64,000 nucleotides of DNA from NCBI GenBank assembly GCA_964106645.2, contig OZ067043.1. One strand, given 5' to 3'. Below the pieces are notes generated by a model, which saw only the letters and a list, made by a program, of their open reading frames with translations, was not told where the DNA came from and ran no database searches. Of the stretch, positions 26,366-38,260 are shown piece after piece. The position numbers and the translations under genes are program-made. Source of the DNA: Podarcis pityusensis. Its lineage: Eukaryota. Position 1 is the stretch's first letter; every line of letters starts with the position of its first letter.

Positions 26366-26969
26366 TATTAGGAGAAGTTTGCACTAAACTGCTGAGGAAT
26401 TTCAAAACAAAATTTGCAAACGGATGCGGAAATGTGGATATTAAGGCTGGGGAAATGGGGGAAAGAAGGAGATACTAAAATTTTCAGGTTTGCCCACCCT
26501 GCCATCAACCCAACTCAACTCACTTGACAGTGGCAGCTGGGCAGCTAAGTTCCTTCCTGCCCCCTTTCTTCCAAACTTGCTTCATATGAAACGCTCCCCT
26601 AGCATGACCCATAAGTGCTGAGGGAGGGAGCAAAGGGCATGTGGTAAAGAATTAGGAGTTCTCCCCAGGTTCCAAGCTAGAGGAAGACTATAGGGTCGCA
26701 ATGCTCACCTCAGATTGAAGGCAACCATTTTGAGTCACTGGGATTTGTATTCCGAGCCAAGGAATTTCCAACAATAGCAAGGGACGACAGACATAAACTC
26801 CATTTGGTTTTTCAGCCTGAATGATTTCTGAGGCTGTGTATCTTCCTCAGTTGTGACTGACTCAAAATAAAAAACAAAAACCCCAAAAACTTTTCAGGGC
26901 TGTGGGGGGTAACCGTTTCAGGAAGAAGATGCTTACAGAACAGGTGCAACTTTCCCACCAAGGGTAAAT

Positions 26970-27620
26970 GTGGCTTCTGAGGCGGAAATGATATGCAAAT
27001 TAATTTCATTACACACAATTAAAATATGCGCAGAAGCTGCAGCCCTCTGGCTCGTGATGCATCTCCGACATGGCCTTTGGTGCTGAAAGGGGTTCCCGCC
27101 CCTGCGATAATAATTGCAAGGTTAGGCATGGCGCATGCTGGTTTTCACATTGCAGGCCATTCGCTGCCATTGCGTCGGCCTGATATTTTAATAGCCATAC
27201 CTGCTCTGTGTGCTTGTACTTCCCCCACCCCCTGCATTCTCCAATTCTTTCTTTCTTTCTCCTTCTTTTTTTTAAACAGATGCCTGTAGCCGTTTTATAA
27301 TTTATGGACTAGACACAACGCTATGGTCTGTAATGTGTCAATGTGTATTACAAGGGACCCTTAGCCCACTGAATATTGACATGATAGACTGTAAACTAGT
27401 AGCGCCGGCTAAGTCATGATGATTTAGCATGTCAGTGCATAGTGAGAGAGAGCTTCCATCCATGGACTACTGACAGGATCATTTACAATGATGCAGGAAA
27501 AGCCTATTATGCCTTGTTGTACATGAAGAAAGGAGATTATTCCCAGCCAATCACCCACTGGAGGAATATGCCACCTCCATCATGCCATCATCACGGCATC
27601 ATATTCCAGTGTAGGGACCA
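26970..27620. promoter_or_regulatory. Candidate conserved non-coding element / enhancer
   Basis: Repeat-free and CpG-retaining; octamer ATGCAAAT 26993-27000 followed by TAATTTCAT; TTTATGG 27301-27307; several TAAT cores. Conservation not verified. Confidence 0.5.
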
Positions 27621-28594
27621 AAAGCAGGGAGGGGAGCAGAGGAGAACATTTGGGATAATATCGGAGGTCTTTGCCACCATAACCCATAAGGCAGGCAAGT
27701 GGTATTGTTTCATCTTGTGTTTTTGTTTTGGTTTTCAAACTGAATTTCTAACCAGGCCAATCCTGAGGGCTTAGGGAAGATAATGCTATTTAACTGTATC
27801 TCCTTAATGTTTATTTAGTTCCCAACACTGAGGAGTGCATGTCACACAGGAGGGTGCTAAACCCAGAGCAGAGGGAGCTTAAAATCAACATCAGCTAAAC
27901 AAGATAGAGGCTAAGGGGCTGCAGGTAAAAGACAGCAGGGATGATAGGGTAGGCCTGTTAGGAGCAAAGCAGTCATGGTGCTGTTGTGGTTGTGCTGCAA
28001 ATACGCTGCAGATAGGTCGGTCCTTTTAGGCATCATCCGAACAAGAGGAAATACATAATAATAAAAAGGGGGCAAAGAGCAATATGGAATGCATATTTGC
28101 TTAGAAATTCCATGTGCTGGTTTGCATGTGGTACATGCAAATTTAGAAATAATATCTATGTTTTAAACAGAAATACAATACATCTCACTATCATGGGGAA
28201 TACTGTGACCACAGGACCTGTAGTCCCACTCAGTCTGCTGCCCAGGTGTTAACTGGTTGCTAGACCATTTCTGGGCCCAATTCAAGGTGCTCACATTAAG
28301 GTTCAAAGCACTAAAAGACTTAGGGCTCCAAACAAAGGATTCATTCAGAGAGAGGACTGACCTCTTCTGCAGCTCTTCTGCACAGTAGGTCACATGGCCA
28401 TCATCATTGGTGATCAGTAGGTTTTGAGAAGCAGGAAGCAAACCTTCAGCACTGGGCCTTTGTTTCGACCGTTCCCATCATGAGGCAAGAGCAGGCAGAT
28501 TGTACTTGGCAGGTGTGATGTGCAAAAGCCAGGGCTGGGTTGCAATGGTACCATTGGTTCATGCTGAGGCTAGACTTAGGGTTGCCAGGTTTCA

Positions 28595-28890
28595 GGGAAA
28601 GGGCCATACCTTGGTGGTAGATCAACTGCTTTGCACAAAGGGAGTTCCAGGGATCAAGCCTCAGCATCTCCATGTAGGACTGGGAATCAGAGGCAGATTT
28701 AGAGGAGCACAACCTGTTCAGTCATTCTGGGTGTACGTCCTTGAGAAGACCACAGGAAAAGCTACAACTATTATTTAGAACGGAGGGCTAGAGGCTGAAA
28801 CATTGCAGAGTCCCTGCCAGTCAGTGTAAACAATACTGAACTAGATGGACCCAATGGTGTGACTGTGCCCCACTTTCTTATGTTCCTAGG
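28595..28890 (+). mobile_element. Squam3-like tRNA SINE with internal insertion
   Basis: gggaaagggccata...ctgctttgcacaaag...gcatctccatgtaggactgggaa ... cctgccagtcagtgtaaacaatactgaactagatggacc...atgttcctag. Confidence 0.65.
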
Positions 28891-29199
28891 ATTTTAGCTT
28901 CCCAGTCCCCAGTAGAAAGTAACATCTCCAGGTTGTTGGACAGAACCAAGGGCCAGACCATTTTTATGTAAACTCTAGTGATCCCAGACTTGGAAGTGCA
29001 GTGCCATGGCTTTGCTGCACCAACCACCACTAGCTTCCAGGCTGAAGGGTATTAGCACTCCCCACTCATTGCCCTTCTACTGCAAGGTGCAAAGCTTTCC
29101 ACATTTCAGCAGGTACATCTTCCACTTGTCAATTCTTGTGCACTTTTCACAGACTAAAGGGTGCACATTCCAAATTAAAACACCAGCTATGGAATATGC

Positions 29200-29262
29200 A
29201 GTTCCTGGGAGGTCTCCCATCCAGATACTGATCAGAGCCAGACCTGCTTATCTTCAGTGAGG
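29200..29262 (-). mobile_element. 5S rRNA-derived SINE head fragment
   Basis: ggtctcccatccagatactgatcagagccagacctgcttatcttc resembles the antisense 5S internal control region (ggtctcccatccaagtactaaccaggcccgaccctgcttagcttc); too short and diverged for a 5S gene. Confidence 0.6.
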
Positions 29263-29852
29263 AAGTGGGTGCATGTTCCTTCAGACCATCCCCTGGGACC
29301 TTTGGATTTGAACTATGGTGTCCCTAACACAAACCTAACGCTCTATCCCCTGGAGTACAACTCAGCTAAAAGCCTCCCTGTGGTTTACTTGCTACAGGAA
29401 ATCAATCCAACAGAGACGAAACCCTGAATAAAAGCTGCTATCACAGCTGGACCTAGACTCCAAGCCTTCTTAATGAATTTCTCTGAACAGGTTTGAGCTC
29501 CGTCCCTGCAAATCACACGTATTGATTTAGGATACAGGGAGAAGCGCAGAACCCACAAAAGCAAGACTCTGAAATCAGAAAATGATTGCTTCTCTCCATC
29601 TATTTCTTGAGTTCTTAAACTACCTGTAAACCAAATTTTCTCCTACGTATGCCAGCTACTAGCCTGAAGCCAGTCTTCTTTTTCTGGGAGAGAAAGAGAA
29701 AGAGCGCTGAGAAGTAAATCCCTGAAAGGGGCAATTTCAATAGGAATCTAGCAGACAGCACCAGTGGACAGAGATATGGGGTAGTGGGTGGGGATCTTCT
29801 CTGGTATCTGGTCTAAGTTTGCATAGCATACAAAGTGGCGCATTAAGGCAAA

Positions 29853-29976
29853 GGGTTGTGTCCAACACTAGTCCTACTCAAGGGGTAGACCCAGTGAAAT
29901 TGATTAAAATACAGTAGCCATGCCAACTAAAATTTAATGAGTCTACTCTGAGTAAGGCTAGCATTAGACACAACCC
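29853..29976. mobile_element. Short palindromic MITE
   Basis: TIR gggttgtgtccaa / ttagacacaaccc, inner arms ctactc...gtagac / gtctactctgagta. Confidence 0.7.
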
Positions 29977-30068
29977 AGAATGTCTACCAGGCATTTTCTC
30001 AAAAAGAAAAGAAAAGAAAAGCATTAGTAGCTCTTGGGAACTGTCACCCAAGTTCAACCATGTTTTCT

Positions 30069-30490
30069 AGATGATCAAGGGTCTGGAAACCAAGCCTTAT
30101 CAGGAAAGGTTGAGGAAGCTGAATAAGGCAGGGATCTGAATAAGAGGAAACTGGAAGGAGATATGATAGCCACCTTCAAATATCTCAAATGCTGTCATAT
30201 GGAGGATGGAGTAAGCTTGTTTCCTCCTGCTCTGGAGGACAGGACCCAAACCAATGGATTCAAGTTACAAGAAAAGAGATTCCAACTAAACACCAGGAAG
30301 AACCTTCTGGCAGTAAGAGGTATTCAACAGTGGAACGAACTTGGTGGACTCTCCTTCCTTGGACTCTCCTTCCTTGGAGGCTTTTAAGCAAAGGTTGGAT
30401 GCCCATTTGTCATGGATGCTTAAGTTGAGAATCCTATATTGCATAGATGACCCTTAAGAGTCCCTTCCAACTCTATGATTTGATGATTCT
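30069..30490 (+). mobile_element. CR1 LINE 3' fragment
   Basis: Closely similar to 12063-12430; ORF remnant MIATFKYLK...TNGFKLQEKRFQLN; tail tcccttccaactctatgatt. Confidence 0.9.
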
Positions 30491-30574
30491 AAGCAATTTG
30501 TGCTTTGTTATTGCTCAAGGCCATTTTTTTATTTGTTCATCCATTTAAAAAATGTAACCCTCTGATAACATAAA

Positions 30575-30576
<2 letters not shown>

Positions 30577-30605
<29 letters not shown>
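30577..30605 (+). repeat. (CT)n microsatellite followed by poly-C
   Basis: direct observation. Confidence 0.9.
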
Positions 30606-30608
<3 letters not shown>

Positions 30609-32088
30609 CCCCCCCCCTTCTCCTGCCTCTCCAGGTCTTTCTTTCCCTGTCTCGCTATATGTTTTTGACTAAGCTCTAACACAACTACTGAGACTTGAAC
30701 TATGATGGCTTTCAGTATTAACGTTCATAAGATTTGTCACTGTCACATCTTGCTAACACTCGGTGCATCTCATTTTCTAAATATAATGTATCACTGTTTA
30801 GTGGCAAAAAATGTAAATTACAAGAAACCTAATCATGTTCGAGAAACTGAAAATATATGATCCCTGAGCCCCTCAGCACTCAGGGTATAATGCAGAATGC
30901 TTACCAATTAAATACAACAACACAGCACTGTGAGCCTATGGGACAGCGACATCAATCGCCATGAGCTCATTTATCCCCATTCTGTATAAGTCCTATGGAT
31001 TTCCAAGGGTATCTTCTCAGTTGGATGCAAGAGATAAAGTGTAAGAACTCGTCTAAGGGGAGAAGAAGCTAATAATTTTTCAGCCCCATTTAGGATGCTT
31101 GACGCTTCCTCTACAGCTGGTTAAAAATGCTAACCATTAAAGGACGTTAAAATAAGAATGAAATGTATACTAATTAATGAAATCTTGTCAGATATTTTAT
31201 GCGGCCTCAAAACTGCCAGGATATTGCAGGGTTTGTTTGTTTGTTTGCTTGCTGGTTTTCGTTTCCAAGTGGCTAGGGTAGTTTTATGTCATGCCCCCTC
31301 CCCAGCGCAACACTAAACCAATTAATATGTACAAACACAATGCACCAAAGCTTTTCTTGATTTTAAATGTGCCTGGAACAACTCGATTCACCAGCTTTCG
31401 ACAGCTGGCTAACATCTTACTAAAGAATTTGATGGTAACGGTAATCGAATTGATGGCCTTCTGTACATTTTCGGGGCTAAACACATTACTTATACACCAG
31501 ACTAGACTTCCCCCAATCTGGTACTCTCCAGATGTTTGGGACTATAAATTCCTATCAGCCCCAGAAGCCGATGAGAGTTATTGTCCAAAGAATCTTATGG
31601 TAGTGTAGATTTTGCAGGTCTGCATCATTCAAACTGGAAATGGAGGATTGTGTGTCAAGTAGTGATTCCGACATTGCATGGGATTGGACTATATGACCCT
31701 TGGGGCCCCTTCCAGTTTTACAATTCTATGATTCTATGAATGATTCCCTATCCCTGCCTCAAAGCTCAGGCACATGCACAACACTCCCCACATATAGAAA
31801 GCTAGCATATCAAGGAGGAGGTGGGTGTCTTCCAAACTGTGGGTAAGTGACACACTTTAATTAAGGAATATGAATGCTATTCTGTGGAGTCCTGTTTAGG
31901 ATGAGCACATTATGTAGATAGGCCCATGCACATTCACATTGTGGGTGGAGGAAAGGAATGAGGGCAGTCACTCTCCCCACCTTAGATGAACCATCATTCA
32001 TAGATTTTCAGCTTTCATTTCAAGCATTTCTAGAATCTGAGATGTGACTGAAAAAGTACAGGCACGAGTCATCTCCTTTGTGTGAGAT

Positions 32089-32090
<2 letters not shown>

Positions 32091-32127
<37 letters not shown>
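32091..32127 (+). repeat. (AT)n microsatellite
   Basis: direct observation. Confidence 0.95.
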
Positions 32128-32130
<3 letters not shown>

Positions 32131-32486
32131 CTGCTTTGAAAGAATCCCTGCCAACTCCCATACACAGTACTTTTGTCTGGCCAGCAGAGAGATCAGGATA
32201 AACTGGTAGGACTCTGGGTGATTTGCAGCTGGCAAAGGCGTCTGACTCTCAACTGCCTAACAACCGCAGCAACTGAACCCTGGATTAGGTTTGTTGGGGA
32301 AATCCAGGTGTGGAAGTCTGTGCAAAAGGACTTGATGAGCCTGGTTCTGGCCCTAATAAAAATTTCCGGGCTGAGCATGTGCACAGAGGCACCTTGTTCT
32401 TTAATCCTGAGTGTGGGTCTACTCACCGGAGCCACTACTCTGCCCTTTGCTCTGGTGGGCGGACTTCAGGGTCCCTCTCAATGGCC

Positions 32487-32817
32487 ACATTCATGTCGCG
32501 CATTTAAAGAACTATGACTTTAAATAGTCATGGCTTCCTCCCCCCCCCCCCCCTGAGAATTTTGGGAACTGTAGTTTGTTAAGTGTAATGAGAGTTGTTA
32601 GGAAAGCCTTTTCCCCTTAACTGAGCAAAAATCCTCAGAGTTCCTTGTGAAGACGGTTTGGTTATTAAACTCTGGGAACCGTACCTTTGTGAGGGGAATA
32701 GCGGTCCCATAACAACTCTCAGCACTCTTACTTTGGTAACTACAGCTCCCAGAATTCTGGGAAACCGCGACAGTTCAAAGTGGCATTGTAGCTCTTTAAA
32801 GGTATGGTGTGAATGTG
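32487..32817. mobile_element. Palindromic PIF/Harbinger-like MITE
   Basis: Same family as 46419-46750 (gtcatggcttcc...tgggaactgtagtttgttaag...actacagctcccagaattc). Confidence 0.7.
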
Positions 32818-32879
32818 GGGGGGAAAAGAAAGCAGATTCTGTAAGCTTGAAGTCTGCCCACCCCAGGAGCTTCACGTTG

Positions 32880-33610
32880 CAAGGAAAGTGGGTGGAAATG
32901 TGCCGGGGTCAAGGTGTTCGGTTTTCCTACAAGCCCCCCTCCCCCCCCGCACCCGCCGTTTGACAGATTTCCTACTGACAGTGCTAGGTATAAAGGTGTT
33001 ATGTGTGTAGGTAGGAGATACATCACTGGGAGGTGCAGCAAAATGGGATTTTAGCGTGAAAAGCATCTGCAAAAGGAGCTCTTTCCCAATAAAAGCAGCA
33101 AAAATTAAAATTACCCTGCAAATGGATTCATTTATGGTCAGCCTCTAACCCCTTCAAAATAAGTCAGAATTTTCTATTAATAACTGGTTTTGCTATTGCT
33201 AATAGCTCAAGCCCGTGGCAAGGCCTACCTGTCCTTACTAAACGGCTTAGTATATGCGTTAATGGACGTTATTGCTGCCATAAATTATCTCCAGACACTG
33301 ACAAAAGGAGTAATATAAGGTATATTTTTTTAAAAGCAGTAGCCAGTGCATGGCTGAGTGATTGAGTCAGAAAATGAACCATACCTTGGGGTTAGCAAAT
33401 GATTTTTCATCAGCCAGCAGGCTATTAAGCACACCTAGATAATAAACGGATGATTTCAGTGGTAATTCTGCTAGGTCCTCATCTTTTCCATTTTAACATT
33501 CCATGTTACTTTTAAAGGATTCACACATTAGATTGATTTACATGGTGGAGGAGAGAGAGCCAATGATGTACTTTAATGTTGAAAGCAGTGCATTATTATT
33601 TATCCCTGGA
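32880..33610. promoter_or_regulatory. Candidate conserved non-coding element / enhancer
   Basis: Two TGACAG (MEIS-type) near 32960-32980, TTTATGG 33131-33137, CCATAAA 33278-33284, TGATTTAC 33534-33541; repeat-free. Conservation not verified. Confidence 0.5.
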
Positions 33611-33927
33611 TCTCTGGCTCCCTCTCTCCCCTCCCTGCCGCCCCTGCCCACCATCACTCTTTCAGGAAATGTTTGAAAAATGCCCCTTGGGAACACATCA
33701 TCCACACAACCACACCGGAAGAAGAGCCAGAGTTCTTGGAAAGCAGGAGACATATTTTACCCTCCATTTTGAGGGTGAAAGAATGTCCCCCACGCTTCTG
33801 ACTCAGCTGCTTAAGGAAAGAGGAGGCTGCATTCCTTGCCTAGATGGGCAATCTACTGCATTCCAGATGTTATTGGACTCTAACTCTCATCAGCACCAGC
33901 CAGCAGGGCCAATGGTCAGAGATGATG

Positions 33928-33973
33928 GTATACCTTCCAACATTTCTCCAGTGAAAATAGGAACATCCTATTC

Positions 33974-34011
<38 letters not shown>

Positions 34012-34055
34012 CCCACCCATCTGACTGGTTGCCCCAGCCACTCTGGGCAGCTTCC

Positions 34056-34086
<31 letters not shown>

Positions 34087-34326
34087 GCACTAAACATTTA
34101 CAAAACTTTCCTATACAGGGCTTACTTCAAATGTCTTCTGAAGGTTGTATAGTTACTTATTCCCTTGTCTCAGAGGTTGCATAACTCAATACCCTCCAAC
34201 ATTTCTCCAATGAAAATGGGAATGTCCTAAGGAGAAAGGGGAACATCCCAGGATCAAATAAGAAACTGGGGTGGCTTCTGTAAATCCAGTACTGTTCCTG
34301 GAAAAAGGGGGCACTTGGAGGGTCTG
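33928..34326. mobile_element. Composite non-autonomous element with a duplicated terminus around an L2 3'-end fragment
   Basis: tacc(t/c)tccaacatttctcca(g/a)tgaaaat occurs at about 33931 and 34190, inverted end ttggagggtctg at 34315-34326; between them (ATT)n-ccccacccatctgactgg...gccccagccactctggg matches the L2 tail at 49450-49590. Confidence 0.6.
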
Positions 34327-35082
34327 TGATGGGAGTTGGAGGAGGCATGGGGTCTGCACCCCTGCCCTAGGCCAAAATATCCACATGCATCAAAGGTGGT
34401 ACACAGCCAATGCTTTATCTGCACTTCCAGACTTCCAGTGCTACATTTATAAAAGGCTTTTCACAAAGAAATATACAGTCAGGCCCTCTTTTGCTGTCCA
34501 CAGAGTGTACTGGATATTGGTAGCTTTCCTTTTAAGGCCGCAAGTTTCAAGTTCGGTGTTGTTTTCTAACTCCATATAAGTCCTTTTCACGCATATTGCT
34601 CATGTGTAAGTCTTATGCGTAAGCAGGGCAGGCTTAGGAAGAGTGCACTAAGCTTCCTTCCCTACCACACACTGTTATCTCCATTGACCTTTGTGAATTA
34701 TGCAGGTCTAAATGGCATCGGTTTGCTTGTGCAGTTTTCTGGTTTTTGCAAATCTGAGGGATCATAAGAAGAAGAAGAAAATCCTCTATCCAAGAGTGAA
34801 CTGGAAATAGTTATGAGCACAGATAGAAAAGAAATGAAAGCATTGAGGAAGTAGTGGGCATGGAAAGCGCCAATTGACCCACCCAAAAACAAATTGTCTG
34901 ATCCCAAGTGGAGCATTTTGGAGCCAGATTTTCCCCCACTTAACTGGATTATCCTTTACAGGGTAAACTTGAATTTAGAGAGGGGAAGCGCCAGGACTGG
35001 TGTGGTTTGTGGGTAACATCATGCAGACTATGCACATTAAATGGGTACACAAACAGCTGCAAACACACAGTAAACTCAACTG

Positions 35083-35436
35083 GTAAAGGTAAAGGGACCC
35101 CTGACCGTTAGGTCCAGTCGCGGATGACTCTGGGGTTGTGGCACTCATCTCACTTTACTAGCCAAGGGAGCCGGCGTACAGCTTCCAGGTCATGTGGCCA
35201 GTATGACTAAGTTGTTTTCTGGCAAACCAGAGCAGCGCACGGAAACGCCGTTTACCTTCCCCCCAGAGCAGTACCTATTTATCTACTTGCACTTTGACAT
35301 GCTTTCGAACTGCTAGGTTGGCAGGAGCAGGGACCAAGCAATGGGAGCTCACCCCGTCACGGGGATTTGAACCGCCGACCTTCTGATTGGGAAGCCCTAG
35401 GCTCTGTGGTTTAACCCACAACATCACCCGCATCCC
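35083..35436 (-). mobile_element. Sauria SINE, full length
   Basis: Antisense gggatgcgggtg...ggtcccttta(ccttta)n; imperfect TSD taaactcaactgg / taaaagtcaactgg. Confidence 0.95.
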
Positions 35437-36455
35437 TAAAAGTCAACTGGGGACAAGCCTAATTTCAATTCTACATGCACCATAGGATGTCAGTCAGATT
35501 GCACACCCCCCTATCTATCTTGGGAAACTGCTATATGCCGAATGCCAGAATCCAATGTAAAATTAGAATCTGAAGGTAATTTCCCTCCCCCCGCTCCCAG
35601 TTTCAATGTGTTTTAGATATTGACATCTGGCTCCTGCAGGATGCATTTAGGCAACTTAAATCTCAGATTGTTATTGAAATGAATTCCAAACATTTATTTA
35701 TTAATGCTTAATGCCTTCTGACCGTATTTCTGCCCAAGGCACCTGCCGCAACAATAAAACGCCATAAAACAACAACCTTAAAACACTCACATAAAATTAT
35801 CTAAAAACCAAAATTCAGTAGAAGAACCATAAAATGGCAATCCCTCAGACAGTAAAACCAGTGATAAACAGTAAAAGCAAGCAGACAATGTTAAATATCA
35901 ATTTGTCAAATTCAATGCTCTTCGTTTCCTAACCCCATCTCTAAATCACATCCATAAGTGAGAATGTCGAAAATAACTGGATTCAACGAGCATACATTGG
36001 ATTTTCTTTTCCTCCTAGGAAGTTCAGATTCAAAACTTGAGACACCTCCTTCACTTCGTATTTCAATTTGATTCTACAGCAGCACAAAAAAAATCCCAAA
36101 ATTAAAGTTGAGTATGCATGCCTGTACATTAGCTCTCTTTGCAGAGTTTCTTTCTCTAGAGTTTAAGATCCATCGGGATTCCTGACTTCCTAGGAGGCAT
36201 GGGTTTCAATCAATAGGGTACTGCCCTTTCATAGTTAAACTATGGCATTCACTCCCACAAGTAGTAGTGATGACCCCCAATTTAGATGGCTTTAAAAGAG
36301 GATTAAACAAATTCGTGGAGGATAAGACTATCAAGGAGTACTGGTCATGATGGCTGTGTTCTGTCTCCACCATCACAGGCAGTACGCCTCTGAATACTAG
36401 TTGCTGGGAGCTACAGGTTGGGGGGTAGTCCTGCTGCCCTCAGGTTCTGTTTATG

Positions 36456-37680
36456 CTGTGGCGGAGAAACCCTCTCTGGTACCTGGGGCAGGGCATCCCG
36501 TATGGACTGCGCATGTGCAGCATCCCGTACAGAGTGAAATTACTGAAGGCAGCATACAGCATATTATTAGAATGGGAGACAAAAGATGAAGAGGTAAAAT
36601 CAGTTATGATTAAATGGGCACAAGATGTAGGTCACAACATTATGATGGAAGATTGGGGGAAATTATGGAAAACTGATTTAAAATTTACAGATTGTTCCCT
36701 ATTGAAGGAGAATTACATGAAGATGATGTACAGATGGTACACAACACCAGTGCAGTTAGGGAAAATGTACAAAACTAGTTCACATATATGTTGGAAGTGT
36801 AAGGAAAAGGAAGGGACATTTTATCATATGTGGTGGGATTGTAATGTAATTTTAAAAAATTGGGAAATGATATACAATGAATTGAAGAAAGTGTTCCATT
36901 TAACATTTGTTTAAAAACCCGAGGCATTTTTGTTGGGGATTGTAGGGAAAGACCTGCCAAAAAAGGTGAAAAACATCTTCATGTATGCGACAACGGCCGC
37001 GAGAGTTCTGGTAGCACAAGGATGGAAGACTGAAGAAACCCCAACTAAAGAATCATGGCAAGAAAAATTGACGGACTATGCAGAAATGGCATAACTGACA
37101 TATAAGCTACGGGACAAGGATAACTGTGACTTTAAGGATGAATGGGAACCCTTTACAAAGTATCTGAAGACGCAACAAAGTGAACTGGACTCCTTGGCAG
37201 GTTTTGAATAAACATTCACAACCTTTTAATTGATAATAATCAGCTAAATAGATTGAGGATCTATAGAACTTTGTAACATGCAGAAAACAGCAGTCTCAGA
37301 GAAACCAAAAACTGGAACTGAGGGAAGTCGGGGGCGGGGGCGGGTGGGTTTTGTGGGGGGGAGGAAAAATGGGGGGGGGGAACAAGGATGATATGTTTTT
37401 GAATAATATGTCTTGTTTTAATTTTGAATAAAAAAGTAAAAAAACAAAACAAAACAGAGTGTGCATGCATGGCAGCCTGTACAGTTGCCGTGCAAGAGGC
37501 AGCCCGTATGGACGGTGTGTGAGAGCGGCAGCCCGTATGAACGCCGCACAAGCAGCGCCCATACAGACTGCGCGCACCCTCGTCCGCTCTACAGCTGGGA
37601 GGCCATCTTGTCACACACCCCCAGAGTGGCACCCAGGGCAGACTGCCCCCTCCGCCCCCCCCCCACTTCCTACGCCCCTG
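36456..37680. mobile_element. hAT-like MITE (36456-36536 plus 37454-37680) with internal gcagcccgtatg repeats
   Basis: Degenerate TIR ctgtggcggagaa / ttcctacgcccctg; imperfect 8-bp TSD tgtttatg / cgcttatg. Confidence 0.6.
36537..37453 (+). mobile_element. 5'-truncated L1-clade LINE (ORF2 C-terminus, 3' UTR, A-rich tail)
   Basis: ENYMKMMYRWYTTP...CWKCKEKEGTFYHMWWDC cysteine-rich motif; AATAAA 37427-37432; A-rich tail; 8-bp TSD acagagtg at 36529-36536 and 37454-37461. Confidence 0.92.
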
Positions 37681-37770
37681 CGCTTATGGGCTTCCCATGG
37701 TTGGCCACTATGAGAACAGGATGCAGGCCACTGATGCACCTTTGACCTGATCAGGCAGGGCTCTGTTGAT

Positions 37771-38260
37771 GGGGATAGCTCAGTTGGTTAGACTGAGTGT
37801 GGTGCTGACAACACCAAGGTTGCAGGTTTGATCCCCGCAAGGGACAACTACATATTCCTGAATTGCAGGTGGTATGACTAGATCATGGGTAGGCAAACTA
37901 AGGCCTGGGGGCCGGATCTGGCCCAATGGCGCTTCTAAATCCGGCCTGCGGACGGTCCGGGAATCAGCTTGTTTTTACATGAGCAGAATGTGTCCTTTTA
38001 TTTAAAATGCATCTGTGGGTTGTTTGTGGGGCCTGCCTGGTGTTTTTACATGAGTAGAATGTGTGCTTTTATTTAAAATGCATCTCTGAGTTTTATTTGC
38101 GGGGCATAGGAATTCGTTCATTTCCCCCCCCCCCAAAAAAAATATAGTCCGGCCCCCCACAAGATCTATGGGACAGTGGACCGGCCCCCTGCTGGAAATG
38201 TTTGCTGACCCCTGGACTAGATGCTCCTCAGGATCCCTTCCAACTCTATGATCCCATGAG
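37771..38260 (+). mobile_element. tRNA-headed SINE with CR1-type tail, split by a hAT MITE
   Basis: ggggatagctcagttggttaga...ggttgcaggtttgatcccc head; gactagatgctcctcaggatcccttccaactctatgat tail. Confidence 0.8.
37884..38214. mobile_element. hAT (Charlie-like) MITE
   Basis: TIR catgggtaggcaaac / gtttgctgacccctg; perfect 8-bp TSD gactagat at 37876-37883 and 38215-38222. Confidence 0.92.

Larger units (their letters stand above)
25611..26500. mobile_element. Old hAT-like element hosting nested MITEs
   Basis: tagagatggg...aattcagttc start and tttgcccaccct end; internal sequence resumes after the Tigger insertion (aaatgtgta/ttaggag). Confidence 0.5.
36225..37765 (+). mobile_element. CR1 3' fragment (36225-36455 plus 37681-37765) split by nested insertions
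   Basis: gatggctttaaaagaggattaaacaaattcgtggagga...ctgaatactagttgctggga...gtttatg / gcttatgggcttcccatggttggccactatgagaacaggatgc. Confidence 0.75.

Noticed and set aside
29200-29262. 5S rRNA gene
   Set aside because: Only a diverged partial match; consistent with a SINE head
33576-34184. 202-aa ORF
   Set aside because: Reads through (ATT)n and (AC)n microsatellites and TE fragments
37771-37845. tRNA gene
   Set aside because: Cloverleaf disrupted and followed by a CR1-type tail, so it is a SINE head (same for 42575-42640)
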